From contig CACIJE010000001.1 of NCBI GenBank assembly GCA_902586925.1, forward strand, positions 671,666 through 735,665: a stretch of 64,000 nucleotides of DNA. Reading direction: 5' to 3'. Source of the stretch: an uncultured SAR86 cluster bacterium (lineage in GTDB: Bacteria > Pseudomonadota > Gammaproteobacteria > Magnimaribacterales > D2472). Positions within the stretch are counted from its first letter, which is position 1. Each line of letters begins with the position of its first letter. A program made the position numbers and the translations under genes. The notes beneath the pieces were generated by a model. That model was not told the origin of the DNA. It ran no database searches and saw only the letters and a list, made by a program, of their open reading frames with translations. Positions 40,897-50,190 of the stretch are shown piece by piece.

Positions 40897-41718
40897 ATGG
40901 CTAGAACAGTGCCAACAACTGGTCAAAAATTGAACTTTTTATTATTTCTTGTTATAAGCATATTAATCTTATATTTAGATTTGAGTTCGAACAACTTTCA
41001 AAATATAAAAAATGGTTTTAAGTCATTTAAAATCTCAAGTTATTTCATCTTAAAAGAAATTACAATTGAGCCTTTGAAATTCTTACAAAATCGTTACAAA
41101 ACTAAAAGTAGTTTGATAAAAGAAAATGAGATATTAAGAGAAAAACTTAAATTGAGTGATCTAAACAATTTTATCACCTCAAAAGAAAATATTTTTTCTA
41201 AAAATAAAGAAATTTATGAAGATAAATATAACTTTTTTTATGATGTTGCCAAATTGAGAAGCATTAATCCTAATATGTTTAAATGCTGTGATAAGCATAG
41301 AATGCAAATTGAGGTTATTGCAAAAGATAAAACAGATAACATTGAAAAATTTGTATTTAACAAGATAGGTATAATTGGACAAATAATCCATCAAAATAAG
41401 TATAGCGAAGTATTGCTTTTAACAGATACATCTCACTCTTTACCTATAAAATCTGAGTCAGACAATTTCTTTTGCAATGCAAGAGGTAGCGGAAGAGAGG
41501 GTTATATAATTTGTAAGTATAATCCACTAGTTTGGAGTGAAGAAATTATCAAAAATCAGATCTTTTACACATCTGGAATGGGCGGGATTTATCCAAAAGA
41601 TATTGAAGTTGGGCATGTAACAAATATTGAAGTTGTCAACTCAATTGAACAGAGCCTATTAATCAAGTTAAATGCCAGCCCTTTGGATAGTAATATTTTT
41701 GGAGTTTTGAAAAATTAA
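40897..41718 (+). CDS. mreC: Rod shape-determining protein MreC
   Basis: 273 aa. It has an N-terminal TM segment, a coiled coil (ENEILREKLK) and a C-terminal beta domain with TSGMGGIYPKDIEVG. It sits in the mreB-mreC-mreD order. Confidence 0.85.
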   Translation: MARTVPTTGQKLNFLLFLVISILILYLDLSSNNFQNIKNGFKSFKISSYFILKEITIEPLKFLQNRYKTKSSLIKENEILREKLKLSDLNNFITSKENIFSKNKEIYEDKYNFFYDVAKLRSINPNMFKCCDKHRMQIEVIAKDKTDNIEKFVFNKIGIIGQIIHQNKYSEVLLLTDTSHSLPIKSESDNFFCNARGSGREGYIICKYNPLVWSEEIIKNQIFYTSGMGGIYPKDIEVGHVTNIEVVNSIEQSLLIKLNASPLDSNIFGVLKN

Positions 41719-41720
41719 CT

Positions 41721-42191
41721 ATGAGTTTTATAAAAAGATTACTTTTTCTTAGTGTAATAAATTTTTTAGATCAGAATATATCAAATTTTTTATCTGAATT
41801 TTTTATTATTATTCCTTTAACATTTTTATCATATTGCTTTTATGTTTATAGATCTGATAAAAATATAAGTGCATTAGAAGCTTTTTTACTTGGTTTATTT
41901 TTTGATCTAATTTCTGGTACATATTTTGGTCTTAATACAATATTTTTCTGTCTGGTCGCATATTATTTAAATTCTAATGCAAATTCATTTAAATTATTTT
42001 CTTACCTCCAAGTATGTATATTTTTTGGTTTATCAGCATCAGCTTATGTAGGATTTACTCAATTAATAGTAAATTTATACAATTTTTCATATCTCACACT
42101 TTTTTTAAGTTCTATTGTGAATATTATTTTTTGTTTTATCATTGCTTTTATCGCTGCTTATTTTCCAAAAAGCATAAATATGAAACTTTAG
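41721..42191 (+). CDS. mreD: Rod shape-determining protein MreD
   Basis: 156 aa polytopic membrane protein immediately after mreC. The call is positional and by hydrophobicity. Confidence 0.75.
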   Translation: MSFIKRLLFLSVINFLDQNISNFLSEFFIIIPLTFLSYCFYVYRSDKNISALEAFLLGLFFDLISGTYFGLNTIFFCLVAYYLNSNANSFKLFSYLQVCIFFGLSASAYVGFTQLIVNLYNFSYLTLFLSSIVNIIFCFIIAFIAAYFPKSINMKL

Positions 42192-42192
42192 A

Positions 42193-44544
42193 ATGAAAAC
42201 TTTTAAAAATTTTTTTAAATTTTTTTCAATATTATCAATATCTTTAATATTTGTTATATCTGCTGCTTACTTTTTTTTAATAAGTAAGCCAGAAAATATT
42301 GTCAACATTGCAAATAAAATTCTTAATGAAGAACTTCTAATTCAATATAAAAACATTGATTCAGATTTAAGAGTTTTTTCACCCAAAATTATCATTAACG
42401 ACCTTTTGATTTTAGACGATCAAAAACAAGGAATTATAAAATTACATGAAATAACAATATCCATAAAATTAATTGAATCCATATTAAATAATTATATTTT
42501 TCTAGATTTACTTTCATTAAAAAAGATCGAATTTTTAAAAAGTACAAAATTTGAGAATAGCAGTGCATCACTAAAGTTTAAAATTAAAGACTTATTTATT
42601 GAAACTGATAAATTTATATTCTCATCAAAAATAGCACATGTTCTTAGCTTAAATGGTAATCAGTCTTTCTATATCAAAGACGGTTTTATTAATAATATTC
42701 CTTACTCAGAAATCAGTATTTTCAAACAATCTGACTCAAATAATTATTTTTATAAAGCATCTCTCAAATTAGATGAAAATTTAATAGAAAAAGAGGAATT
42801 TATCGATTTAAATCAATTTTCATTTAAGAAAATTAACTTAGATTTTCTTACTAAAGGCTACTTCGATTTTGTTCAGCAGAAATTTTTTAGTATAGAAAAA
42901 TATTTAATAACTGACTCAAAGCTCACCACTGATTCGAAATTTGAATTGAGTAATTTAAATGCAATACTGTTCACTAATCTTAATAAAGAATTAAATGGCA
43001 TTTTTTCTCTTAAAACTTTAGATCAAGAAATTAAGGGTGTTTTAAAATCAAATAATGAAAAGACTACTTTGAACACTGACATATTTTTAGAGATGGGTGA
43101 CATTTATAATTATGGTGAGTATCTGAGTTTAAATGGCTTAGAAAATTTTAATACCATTGTGACAATAGGTGATAGCGTCTCTCTTGAGTTGACCAGTGAC
43201 CTAAAAAATACCTCAATTAAATCAATCGTAAGCGAAATAAATAAAGACAAGAATGAGACCTTAAAAACAAAAATTTATATTGATAACCTTACCAATCCCT
43301 CATATTTTATTGAAAATCTAAAATTTGAGGCATTTTTAAATACTAAAGGAAATGGATATTTTTCACTTGGTCAAAGTTTTAAAAAAGATATTGAGTCAAT
43401 AGACACAAGTGAGGGCTTTTTTGTTTTTTTAGAGTTAGATAAGTTCAATGCTCTGAGCTTATTCAATCAAAATCAATCTGAATATGATTCAAATTTAAAA
43501 CTCGTTAAGTTAAAAATTAATGAACTTAATCTTCTTGATAACATTTACATTGATCAAAATTTTGAAATTAAGTTCAATGAAAGTGAATCCAAAGCATCAT
43601 TTAACGGCATTGATCTGAATGGAACATTTAGAATGGATTCTACAGGATTTGCAAGAATTGATATTTTTGATACTAAATTTGAATTTGATGGAATAAATAG
43701 TTTTGAATCAGATTATTCTCTTGACTTTAAAAATATTAATCTTCGATTTGTGGGGAAAAATATTCAAACCTTTGATAATGTATTTCAAAATGTTGATTTT
43801 TATTTTTTAAGAAATAATTCAATTTCTACAATTGATAACATTAAAATCTCTAGTATTAACTTGAATATTCAACCATCTAATCAAAACGATAAAGCCTACA
43901 TTAGTTATGACAATAAAAGTGATTTGTATAAAATTAAAGGATCATATGAACTCATTAACGAAAAAAATTTGTTTGACAATCTAATTAGCTTTGATTTTGA
44001 TTATCTTTACTCCGATTTAAATATTCAGTGGATAGGTACTGACCAATTAAAAAACTTAGAGGGAAGAATTAAATTTAAAATCAAAGATCTTGAATCCAAT
44101 AGATCTTTGCCAGACTCAGCATTATTAAACACTTTAAAAATATTCAACCTAAATGCATTAATATCAAATTTAAATGATGAAGCAAATTTTAATCCTTCAA
44201 AATTAATTATAACTAGGGCAGAGGGAGACATTTATATTGGAAAGAACAGAGCTTTATTAGATATACCAATTAAATTAGAGACAGCTGAGGCAAAAATGAT
44301 ATGGAAAGGTAAAATTTTAAAAAATGATAAAGGACTTTTAGATCAATTAGACTTAAGTTTAGATATGAGATTAAAGGTATCAGAAAATATTCCCTGGTAT
44401 GCAGCAATTTTTGGCGGAATACCTGCTCTTGCTGGTGGTTTTGTTATCGAAAATATAATAGATGAAAGGCTTGATGATGCATCAACTTTTAAATTTGATG
44501 TAACTGGTTCAGTAAATGAACCTGAAATATTAAGATTAAATTAG
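42193..44544 (+). CDS. YhdP/AsmA-like large envelope protein (short, 783 aa)
   Basis: It has an N-terminal membrane anchor and a long Asn/Lys/Ile-rich repetitive beta-type body. The C-terminal segment (IPWYAAIFGGIPALAGGFVIENIIDERLDDASTFKFDVTGSVNEPEI) resembles the conserved AsmA_2/YhdP C-terminus. It lies downstream of mreBCD, as E. coli yhdP does. Confidence 0.5.
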   Translation: MKTFKNFFKFFSILSISLIFVISAAYFFLISKPENIVNIANKILNEELLIQYKNIDSDLRVFSPKIIINDLLILDDQKQGIIKLHEITISIKLIESILNNYIFLDLLSLKKIEFLKSTKFENSSASLKFKIKDLFIETDKFIFSSKIAHVLSLNGNQSFYIKDGFINNIPYSEISIFKQSDSNNYFYKASLKLDENLIEKEEFIDLNQFSFKKINLDFLTKGYFDFVQQKFFSIEKYLITDSKLTTDSKFELSNLNAILFTNLNKELNGIFSLKTLDQEIKGVLKSNNEKTTLNTDIFLEMGDIYNYGEYLSLNGLENFNTIVTIGDSVSLELTSDLKNTSIKSIVSEINKDKNETLKTKIYIDNLTNPSYFIENLKFEAFLNTKGNGYFSLGQSFKKDIESIDTSEGFFVFLELDKFNALSLFNQNQSEYDSNLKLVKLKINELNLLDNIYIDQNFEIKFNESESKASFNGIDLNGTFRMDSTGFARIDIFDTKFEFDGINSFESDYSLDFKNINLRFVGKNIQTFDNVFQNVDFYFLRNNSISTIDNIKISSINLNIQPSNQNDKAYISYDNKSDLYKIKGSYELINEKNLFDNLISFDFDYLYSDLNIQWIGTDQLKNLEGRIKFKIKDLESNRSLPDSALLNTLKIFNLNALISNLNDEANFNPSKLIITRAEGDIYIGKNRALLDIPIKLETAEAKMIWKGKILKNDKGLLDQLDLSLDMRLKVSENIPWYAAIFGGIPALAGGFVIENIIDERLDDASTFKFDVTGSVNEPEILRLN

Positions 44545-45876
44545 ATATATTGTTGCTAAACCTAAAAAAGACAAGAATCCTACAACATCAGTTACAGTTG
44601 TAACAACTACACTTCCTCCAATAGCAGGGTCTTGCTTAAATTTTCTCAAAATTAAAGGAACTGCAATACCAGCTATTACAGAACTAACAAGATTAATTAC
44701 TAATGCAGAAGATATAAGAATTGAAATTGTAACATCTTCAAACCAAATATAAGTTGAAAATCCTACAAGAACTGACAAAACGATTCCATTTAATATTGAT
44801 ACTGCTAGTTCTCTTTTGAACAACCAACGTATATTTGATGCATTGATTTGCTCTAAGGTAAGTCCTCTTAGAACAATAGTAAGTGTTTGTGTTGCAGCAA
44901 CACCACCCATACTAGCAACTATTGGCATTAAAACTGCTAAATATACTATCTTATCAATGACATCCTGAAATAAATTTATTGTGCTTGCCGCGATGAAGGC
45001 GGTAACAAGATTCATGCTTAACCAGAATACTCTACTTTTAGCAGCTCTTCCAGGAGGTGCAAAAGTGTCTTCAGCGACGCCAGCCATTCCTAACAAATTT
45101 TGATCAGCATCTTCTCTAATGACATCAACTACGTCGTCAATTGTTATTCTTCCAATTAACTTTCCTTTTTCATCAATCACAGGCGCAGAGATTAAGTCAT
45201 TTCTTTCAAAAGTAGTTGCAACCTCTTTATCATCAAGATCAAAATCTAATGGTATAGCTTCTGTTTCCATTATTTCCCTAACAAGCATTGATAATTTCGA
45301 AGTAATTATCTTGCCAATCGAAAGCTCACCTAAATATTCATTTTCATGATTCACAACAAAAATTTTGTCAGTATTTTCAGGAAGATCGCCTTGATCTCTC
45401 AAATAATTTATTACTTCATTTATCGAGTTATTTGGCCTTACACTTATAACATCGGTATTAAGCAATCCACCAGCAGTATTATCTGAATAATTAAGTCCTA
45501 TTTCGATCCTTTGTCTATCAACCATAGACATATTTTCTAGAATTTTTTTCATTCTTTCTTCAGGAAGATTTTGTAAAATATCTACGATCTCATCTAACTC
45601 AAGTTCTTTTACAGCCTCAGTCAATTCGTCATTTGAAATATTTGATACAAGATCTTGTTGAATTTCTTCTCCTAATTCAAAAAGTACATCTCCTTCTTCA
45701 TCAGTTTTTAACAGTGAAAATAATAATGTTCTTTGTTTAGGCGGAGATGATTCAAGAGCATGAGCAATTTCTGGTGCTGTCATTTTATTTAATAGTTGCC
45801 TTATTTGATTCAAAGATAAGTCAGACGCATCATCTAAAATGATATTTAAGTTGTTCCTTTCTTTTAAATCACTCAT
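44536..45876 (-). CDS. mgtE: Magnesium transporter MgtE
   Basis: 446 aa. It has an N-domain, a CBS pair (DVISVRP..., APVIDEKGKLIGRITIDDVVDVI) and a 5-TM MgtE channel domain with PIVASMGG and GGSVVVTTVTDVVGF. Confidence 0.93.
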   Translation of the reverse strand: MSDLKERNNLNIILDDASDLSLNQIRQLLNKMTAPEIAHALESSPPKQRTLLFSLLKTDEEGDVLFELGEEIQQDLVSNISNDELTEAVKELELDEIVDILQNLPEERMKKILENMSMVDRQRIEIGLNYSDNTAGGLLNTDVISVRPNNSINEVINYLRDQGDLPENTDKIFVVNHENEYLGELSIGKIITSKLSMLVREIMETEAIPLDFDLDDKEVATTFERNDLISAPVIDEKGKLIGRITIDDVVDVIREDADQNLLGMAGVAEDTFAPPGRAAKSRVFWLSMNLVTAFIAASTINLFQDVIDKIVYLAVLMPIVASMGGVAATQTLTIVLRGLTLEQINASNIRWLFKRELAVSILNGIVLSVLVGFSTYIWFEDVTISILISSALVINLVSSVIAGIAVPLILRKFKQDPAIGGSVVVTTVTDVVGFLSFLGLATIYLI

Positions 45877-45900
45877 ATATCAATTCTAACCTGAAAAGAT

Positions 45901-47172
45901 TTATCTATTTCTAGATGAGGGTATATTATTTTTTTTTCTATATTTTGAAACTGTTCTTCTTGCAAGACTAAACCCTCTTTTATTGAGTTCAATTGCAATC
46001 TTTTTATCACTTTTTGGCTTCTTTTCAGAGTTAATAATATCTTCAATAAGTTTCATTAATTGAATTGCAGAAATATCTCTAGTTTTTGAAACTGAAGATA
46101 CCATAAGAGATTTTAGTGGCATAACTCCTTTTGGAGTATCAATATATTTATGTCTTAGTATTCTTGAAACAGTAGAAGGATGAACTCCAATTTCATTAGC
46201 AATTTCTTTATTGCTTAGAGAATTAATTTTTAATGGATTTTCATTAAAAAAAGCTTGTTGTTTTAAGCAAATATATTTTCCTACTTTTTGAACTGTTTCA
46301 TTCCTTTTTTTTACAGATGTTATTAGCCATTTTGCATCATTTATTTTCTGCAAAATTTGATCATTTTTATTTATCTTAAGTTCCTTTTTCACGTTATCAA
46401 TAAGATCACTATCTAAAACTATTTTTGGAAAATTATACTCATTAAAATTAATCTTAAAATCATGACCCTCAAAAGCAACTTTTAAATCTGCTTCAATATA
46501 ATCTGTTTTTTCATAGTTTAGTCCTGGACTTAAATCACAACTTTTTATTTCATCTAATGCTGAATTAAAATCTTTTTCAGAATAGCCATCTTCAATTACT
46601 AATTTTTTTATTTCATTAAGATTATCAAGTTTTTCATTCAAAAGTATTTCTTTAATTAACTTTCTTTGAACATCTGAAAGATTCTCTTTATTATCAATCT
46701 GAATGTTTATACACTCTTTATGACTCCTAAAGCCAATACCAAAAGGGTTTAATTTATGAATAATATTTTTTAGAACAGTGTCAATTTCTTTTTCAGAATA
46801 CTTAAAGTTTGAAATCTCCTCAATGTTTTCAGTATTTTCACTAAGCTTTCCAGATTCATCCAGACATCCAATGATAAGTTTTGCAATATTTTTGTTTTTT
46901 TTATCCAGATGAAAATCATCAAGTTGCTTAATTAGATACTCTCTAAGACTTAGTTTAGATTCGATATCAAAATTAAAGTCATTAGTATTAAAATCCTTTG
47001 AATCATTATTTAATTCAGTTTTTTCTAAAAAGGGATTTTCAACTATTTCCTTATCAATTTTTTTAATTAATTCATATCTGGATAATTGGAGTAAATCGAT
47101 TGATTTTTTTAAAGAAGGCGTAAGTCTTAGACTTTGTTTTTGCTTTAAACTTTTAGATAAGGTTATGCTCAT
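45901..47172 (-). CDS. rpoN: RNA polymerase sigma-54 factor (compact, 423 aa)
   Basis: It has region I (LRLTPSLKKSIDLLQLSRYELIKKIDKEIVENPFLE), a C-terminal HTH (EIANEIGVHPSTVSR) and the RpoN box ARRTVSKYR. It lies downstream of lptB. Confidence 0.92.
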   Translation of the reverse strand: MSITLSKSLKQKQSLRLTPSLKKSIDLLQLSRYELIKKIDKEIVENPFLEKTELNNDSKDFNTNDFNFDIESKLSLREYLIKQLDDFHLDKKNKNIAKLIIGCLDESGKLSENTENIEEISNFKYSEKEIDTVLKNIIHKLNPFGIGFRSHKECINIQIDNKENLSDVQRKLIKEILLNEKLDNLNEIKKLVIEDGYSEKDFNSALDEIKSCDLSPGLNYEKTDYIEADLKVAFEGHDFKINFNEYNFPKIVLDSDLIDNVKKELKINKNDQILQKINDAKWLITSVKKRNETVQKVGKYICLKQQAFFNENPLKINSLSNKEIANEIGVHPSTVSRILRHKYIDTPKGVMPLKSLMVSSVSKTRDISAIQLMKLIEDIINSEKKPKSDKKIAIELNKRGFSLARRTVSKYRKKNNIPSSRNR

Positions 47173-47886
47173 TTACGAATACATATTCCCTAGATAAACT
47201 TTTTTTACTAAATCATTTTCAATTAGAGTTCTTGAGGTACCTTCTGCAATAATTTGGCCATCATGGATTATGGCAGCTTTGTCACAAATTTCTAAAGTTT
47301 CTCTTACGTTATGATCAGTAATTAAAATTGCTATATTTTTCTGTGATAAATTCATTAATACATTTTTAATATCATCAATAGCCATAGGATCTATTCCCGC
47401 AAATGGCTCGTCTAATAAAATTACTTTTGGTTTTGAGGCAAGCGTTCTTGCTATTTCAACCTTTCTTCTTTGGCCACCAGATAATTGTCTTCCTTTATAA
47501 TTTAATATACTGGACAAATCAAACTCCTCAACAGAGGATTCAATAAAATCCAAAATATCGTTTTTATTTTTAAAGGATAACTCAGCAAGACCATATAGAT
47601 TTTCATACACTGTTAGATTTTTAAAGATAGATGGCTCTTGAGGCAAGTATTTTATTCCAAGATTAGATCTCAAATGCATCGGTAATTTAGATATATTCCT
47701 ATCTGCAAAATTTATTTTTCCGTTATTAGATTTTGTTAATCCAGCAATAATATAAAAAATTGAAGTCTTTCCAGCCCCATTGGGGCCTAGAAGTCCAAAA
47801 ATCTCTCCACAGTTGATATTAAAAGAAACATTTGAAACAATTTTTTTACCATTGATCATCTTATCTATTTTATATACTTCTAACAT
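47173..47886 (-). CDS. lptB: LPS export ABC transporter ATPase LptB
   Basis: 237 aa, with Walker A GPNGAGKTS, signature LSGGQRRKVEIAR and Walker B ILLDEPFAGIDP. It sits in the lptA-lptB-rpoN order. Confidence 0.94.
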   Translation of the reverse strand: MLEVYKIDKMINGKKIVSNVSFNINCGEIFGLLGPNGAGKTSIFYIIAGLTKSNNGKINFADRNISKLPMHLRSNLGIKYLPQEPSIFKNLTVYENLYGLAELSFKNKNDILDFIESSVEEFDLSSILNYKGRQLSGGQRRKVEIARTLASKPKVILLDEPFAGIDPMAIDDIKNVLMNLSQKNIAILITDHNVRETLEICDKAAIIHDGQIIAEGTSRTLIENDLVKKVYLGNMYS

Positions 47887-47891
47887 CTTGT

Positions 47892-48302
47892 TTATTCAGT
47901 TGAAATGTTGCCAGTTATTGGATTAAAAATAATAAGATTTGATGTAATAGATATACCCTCGTATTCCATAGTTGCATTTCCAATTAAGTGAACTCTTTCG
48001 TTATTGAAAAAAAGTATTTTGTCTGCCAATCCATAAAAAATATTATTTTCTTTATTTGATGTAATTTTACTCGGAGCTCCAGACATATTAATAACTTTAT
48101 TTTTGTCATCATAAACTGCTGAATTGGCACTTATGCTTATGTATTTTGAATCAATAGAAACGTTATCTAAAAAACTAATTTTATTAATATCAATTTCAAA
48201 TTCAACTTTATCAGACCTTATTTCGATGTTACTTAGAACCTCAGCATTAATAAAAGACGATCCGATTAAAAAAAGAATTTTTAAAAGATAAATATTTTTC
48301 AA
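47892..48302 (-). CDS. lptA: LPS transport periplasmic protein LptA (OstA-like, short 136 aa)
   Basis: It has a signal peptide (…SFINA/EV) and OstA-like beta-jellyroll repeats (IEIRSDKVEFE...FLDNVSIDS..ISISANSAVY...HLIGNATMEY). It lies immediately upstream of lptB. An LptC identity cannot be fully excluded. Confidence 0.7.
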   Translation of the reverse strand: MKNIYLLKILFLIGSSFINAEVLSNIEIRSDKVEFEIDINKISFLDNVSIDSKYISISANSAVYDDKNKVINMSGAPSKITSNKENNIFYGLADKILFFNNERVHLIGNATMEYEGISITSNLIIFNPITGNISTE

Positions 48303-49268
48303 TTAAAGAATCCTTGCCTCAATTAAATCATGCATCGATATGACACCCGAATACCTATTTTTATCAATCACAACAAGTGTGAATATTTTATTACTTTCCA
48401 TAATTTTTGCAGCATCTACTGCTAGGGAATCCTTGCTAATAGTTTTAAAGTTTTTAGTCATTACATCTTTAATTTTTGTATTTTGTATATTTATTTTATT
48501 ATTGATGCATCTTCTTAAATCACCATCAGTAAAGATACCAATTATTTTTGATTTTTGTGCAATTAAAGTAATACCAAGATTTTTTTTGGTAATCTCAATT
48601 AATGCTTTATCTAACATGGTATTTGGATCAACTTTAGGGACATTAATACCAATATGCATCAAGTCTTTAACTTGTGTTATAAGCTTTTTACCCAATTTTC
48701 CTGCTGGATGTGAAGAAGCAAAATCTTTCTTTGTAAAACCTTTTGCTTCAAAAAGTGCTATTGCTAACGCATCGCCAAAAGCAAGCACATTTGTTGTAGA
48801 AGATGTAGGAGCTAAATCAAGAGGGCATGCCTCCTTTTTAGATTTAAGTTGAATTTTAACATCTGCAAATTTTGCAATTGTTGATTTGTTATCACCAGTC
48901 AATGAAACTATTTCTTTTGCATGTCTTTTTAGGGATGAGAGTATATTAATAATCTCGTCTGTTTCGCCTGAATTTGAAATTAAAAACACGATATCTTTTT
49001 TAATAATTAATCCCATGTCTCCATGAGCGGCTTCTGTAGGATGAATAAATATAGATGGTGTACCAGTACTAGATAAAGTTGCAGATATTTTTTGAGCAAT
49101 GTGGCCAGATTTACCAACACCCATTATTACAATCTTTCCATCACATCGGATCACCTTATCGCAAAGAACCTCAAATGATTTATCTAATTGATTAGATATA
49201 GATTTAATTGAATCGGATTCAATTTTTAAAGTTCTTTTCGCTGATGCTATATAGTTATATTTTTTCAT
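48303..49268 (-). CDS. kdsD: Arabinose-5-phosphate isomerase KdsD
   Basis: 321 aa, with a SIS domain (GVGKSGHIAQKISATLSSTGTPS, ISNSGET) plus a C-terminal CBS pair. Confidence 0.92.
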   Translation of the reverse strand: MKKYNYIASAKRTLKIESDSIKSISNQLDKSFEVLCDKVIRCDGKIVIMGVGKSGHIAQKISATLSSTGTPSIFIHPTEAAHGDMGLIIKKDIVFLISNSGETDEIINILSSLKRHAKEIVSLTGDNKSTIAKFADVKIQLKSKKEACPLDLAPTSSTTNVLAFGDALAIALFEAKGFTKKDFASSHPAGKLGKKLITQVKDLMHIGINVPKVDPNTMLDKALIEITKKNLGITLIAQKSKIIGIFTDGDLRRCINNKINIQNTKIKDVMTKNFKTISKDSLAVDAAKIMESNKIFTLVVIDKNRYSGVISMHDLIEARIL

Positions 49269-49313
49269 ATTTAATTAAAAAATTTATTTTATCCCTAATG
49301 TTATAATAGACTA

Positions 49314-49973
49314 ATGTTATATACACATAAAAATTATTTATTTCTTTTTATAGTTATATCAAGCTCTTTAACAGCAAATTCAACACTTGAAATGAACAAT
49401 TTAAAGGAGGATGAAGAATTTAATCCATATGATTTTATAGACTCAAATGCTCAAAGAATGGTTGAAGTTCTCAAAAATGAAGCAGATTTATTTAATACTG
49501 ATAGACCAAAATATGAACAAAAAATTAAAGATATATTTGAACCAATGATTGATTTTAAAAGAGTTGCAGCAAGTGTAATGGGTAGAAAATACTATTTACT
49601 TGCAACAAAAGAACAACGAGAAGAATTTGTTTTAATTTTTAAAGATTCTCTGCTTGATACATATGCAGAAACTCTTGCACAGTGGGGAGATTCGACTATT
49701 AAGACAGAATTTGTAAATGATTATTCAAATCTGGAATTAAAAAATGTTGAAGTGAGACAGGTGCTAGATACTGGAAACAGCAAGTATCCAATATCATATA
49801 AATTAAGAAAGAATGGTAAAGATTGGAAGATAGTTAATATCATCATAAATGGAGTAAATTTAGGTCTAACTTTTCGAAATCAATTCCAAGCTTTAGCTAT
49901 TTCGCAGAACGAAGATATTGAAGCAACTTTAAATAACTGGGTATCTGATGCTGGAGATGCTGGTATCTCATAA
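49314..49973 (+). CDS. mlaC: Phospholipid-binding periplasmic protein MlaC (Ttg2D family)
   Basis: 219 aa. It has a signal peptide and the MlaC pattern (IDFKRVAASVMGRKYY...REEF...FKDSLLDTYA...WKIVNIIINGVNLGLTFRNQF). Confidence 0.8.
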   Translation: MLYTHKNYLFLFIVISSSLTANSTLEMNNLKEDEEFNPYDFIDSNAQRMVEVLKNEADLFNTDRPKYEQKIKDIFEPMIDFKRVAASVMGRKYYLLATKEQREEFVLIFKDSLLDTYAETLAQWGDSTIKTEFVNDYSNLELKNVEVRQVLDTGNSKYPISYKLRKNGKDWKIVNIIINGVNLGLTFRNQFQALAISQNEDIEATLNNWVSDAGDAGIS

Positions 49974-49974
49974 A

Positions 49975-50190
49975 ATGAAGGAACTAATTAATAACATAAT
50001 TCTTGAAAATATACCTGATGCAAATTGTTACTTTGAAGGTGACTCATGCAATCTAAAATTGATTGTTTCATCTGCAGAATTTAAGGGTATGTCACTACTA
50101 GATCAACATAAAAAAGTTATGAAACTCCTAGAAAACAAGTTTGAATCAGGTGAGCTACATGCTTTAAGTCTTGAAACAAAACTAATATAA
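49975..50190 (+). CDS. ibaG: BolA-family protein IbaG (YrbA)
   Basis: 71 aa from the ATG at 49975, 1 nt after the mlaC stop. It has a BolA-like core (F.G.S...QH..V...L......ELHALSL.T). It lies directly upstream of murA, as in E. coli. Confidence 0.7.
   Translation: MKELINNIILENIPDANCYFEGDSCNLKLIVSSAEFKGMSLLDQHKKVMKLLENKFESGELHALSLETKLI

Noticed and set aside
42014-42196. 60-aa alternative-frame ORF at the end of mreD
   Set aside because: It is out of frame within T-rich membrane-protein coding sequence. There is no support for it.
48340-48852. 170-aa plus-strand ORF antisense to kdsD
   Set aside because: It lies entirely within kdsD on the opposite strand and has no recognisable domain or SD. 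It is a typical antisense shadow ORF. The same reasoning applies to 36821-37228 (in gatB), 9469-9837 and 9904-10215 (in glmM), 18068-18460 and other short ORFs in pnp, 20940-21293 (in ychF), 7414-7671 (in ftsH) and 40141-40448 (in mreB).
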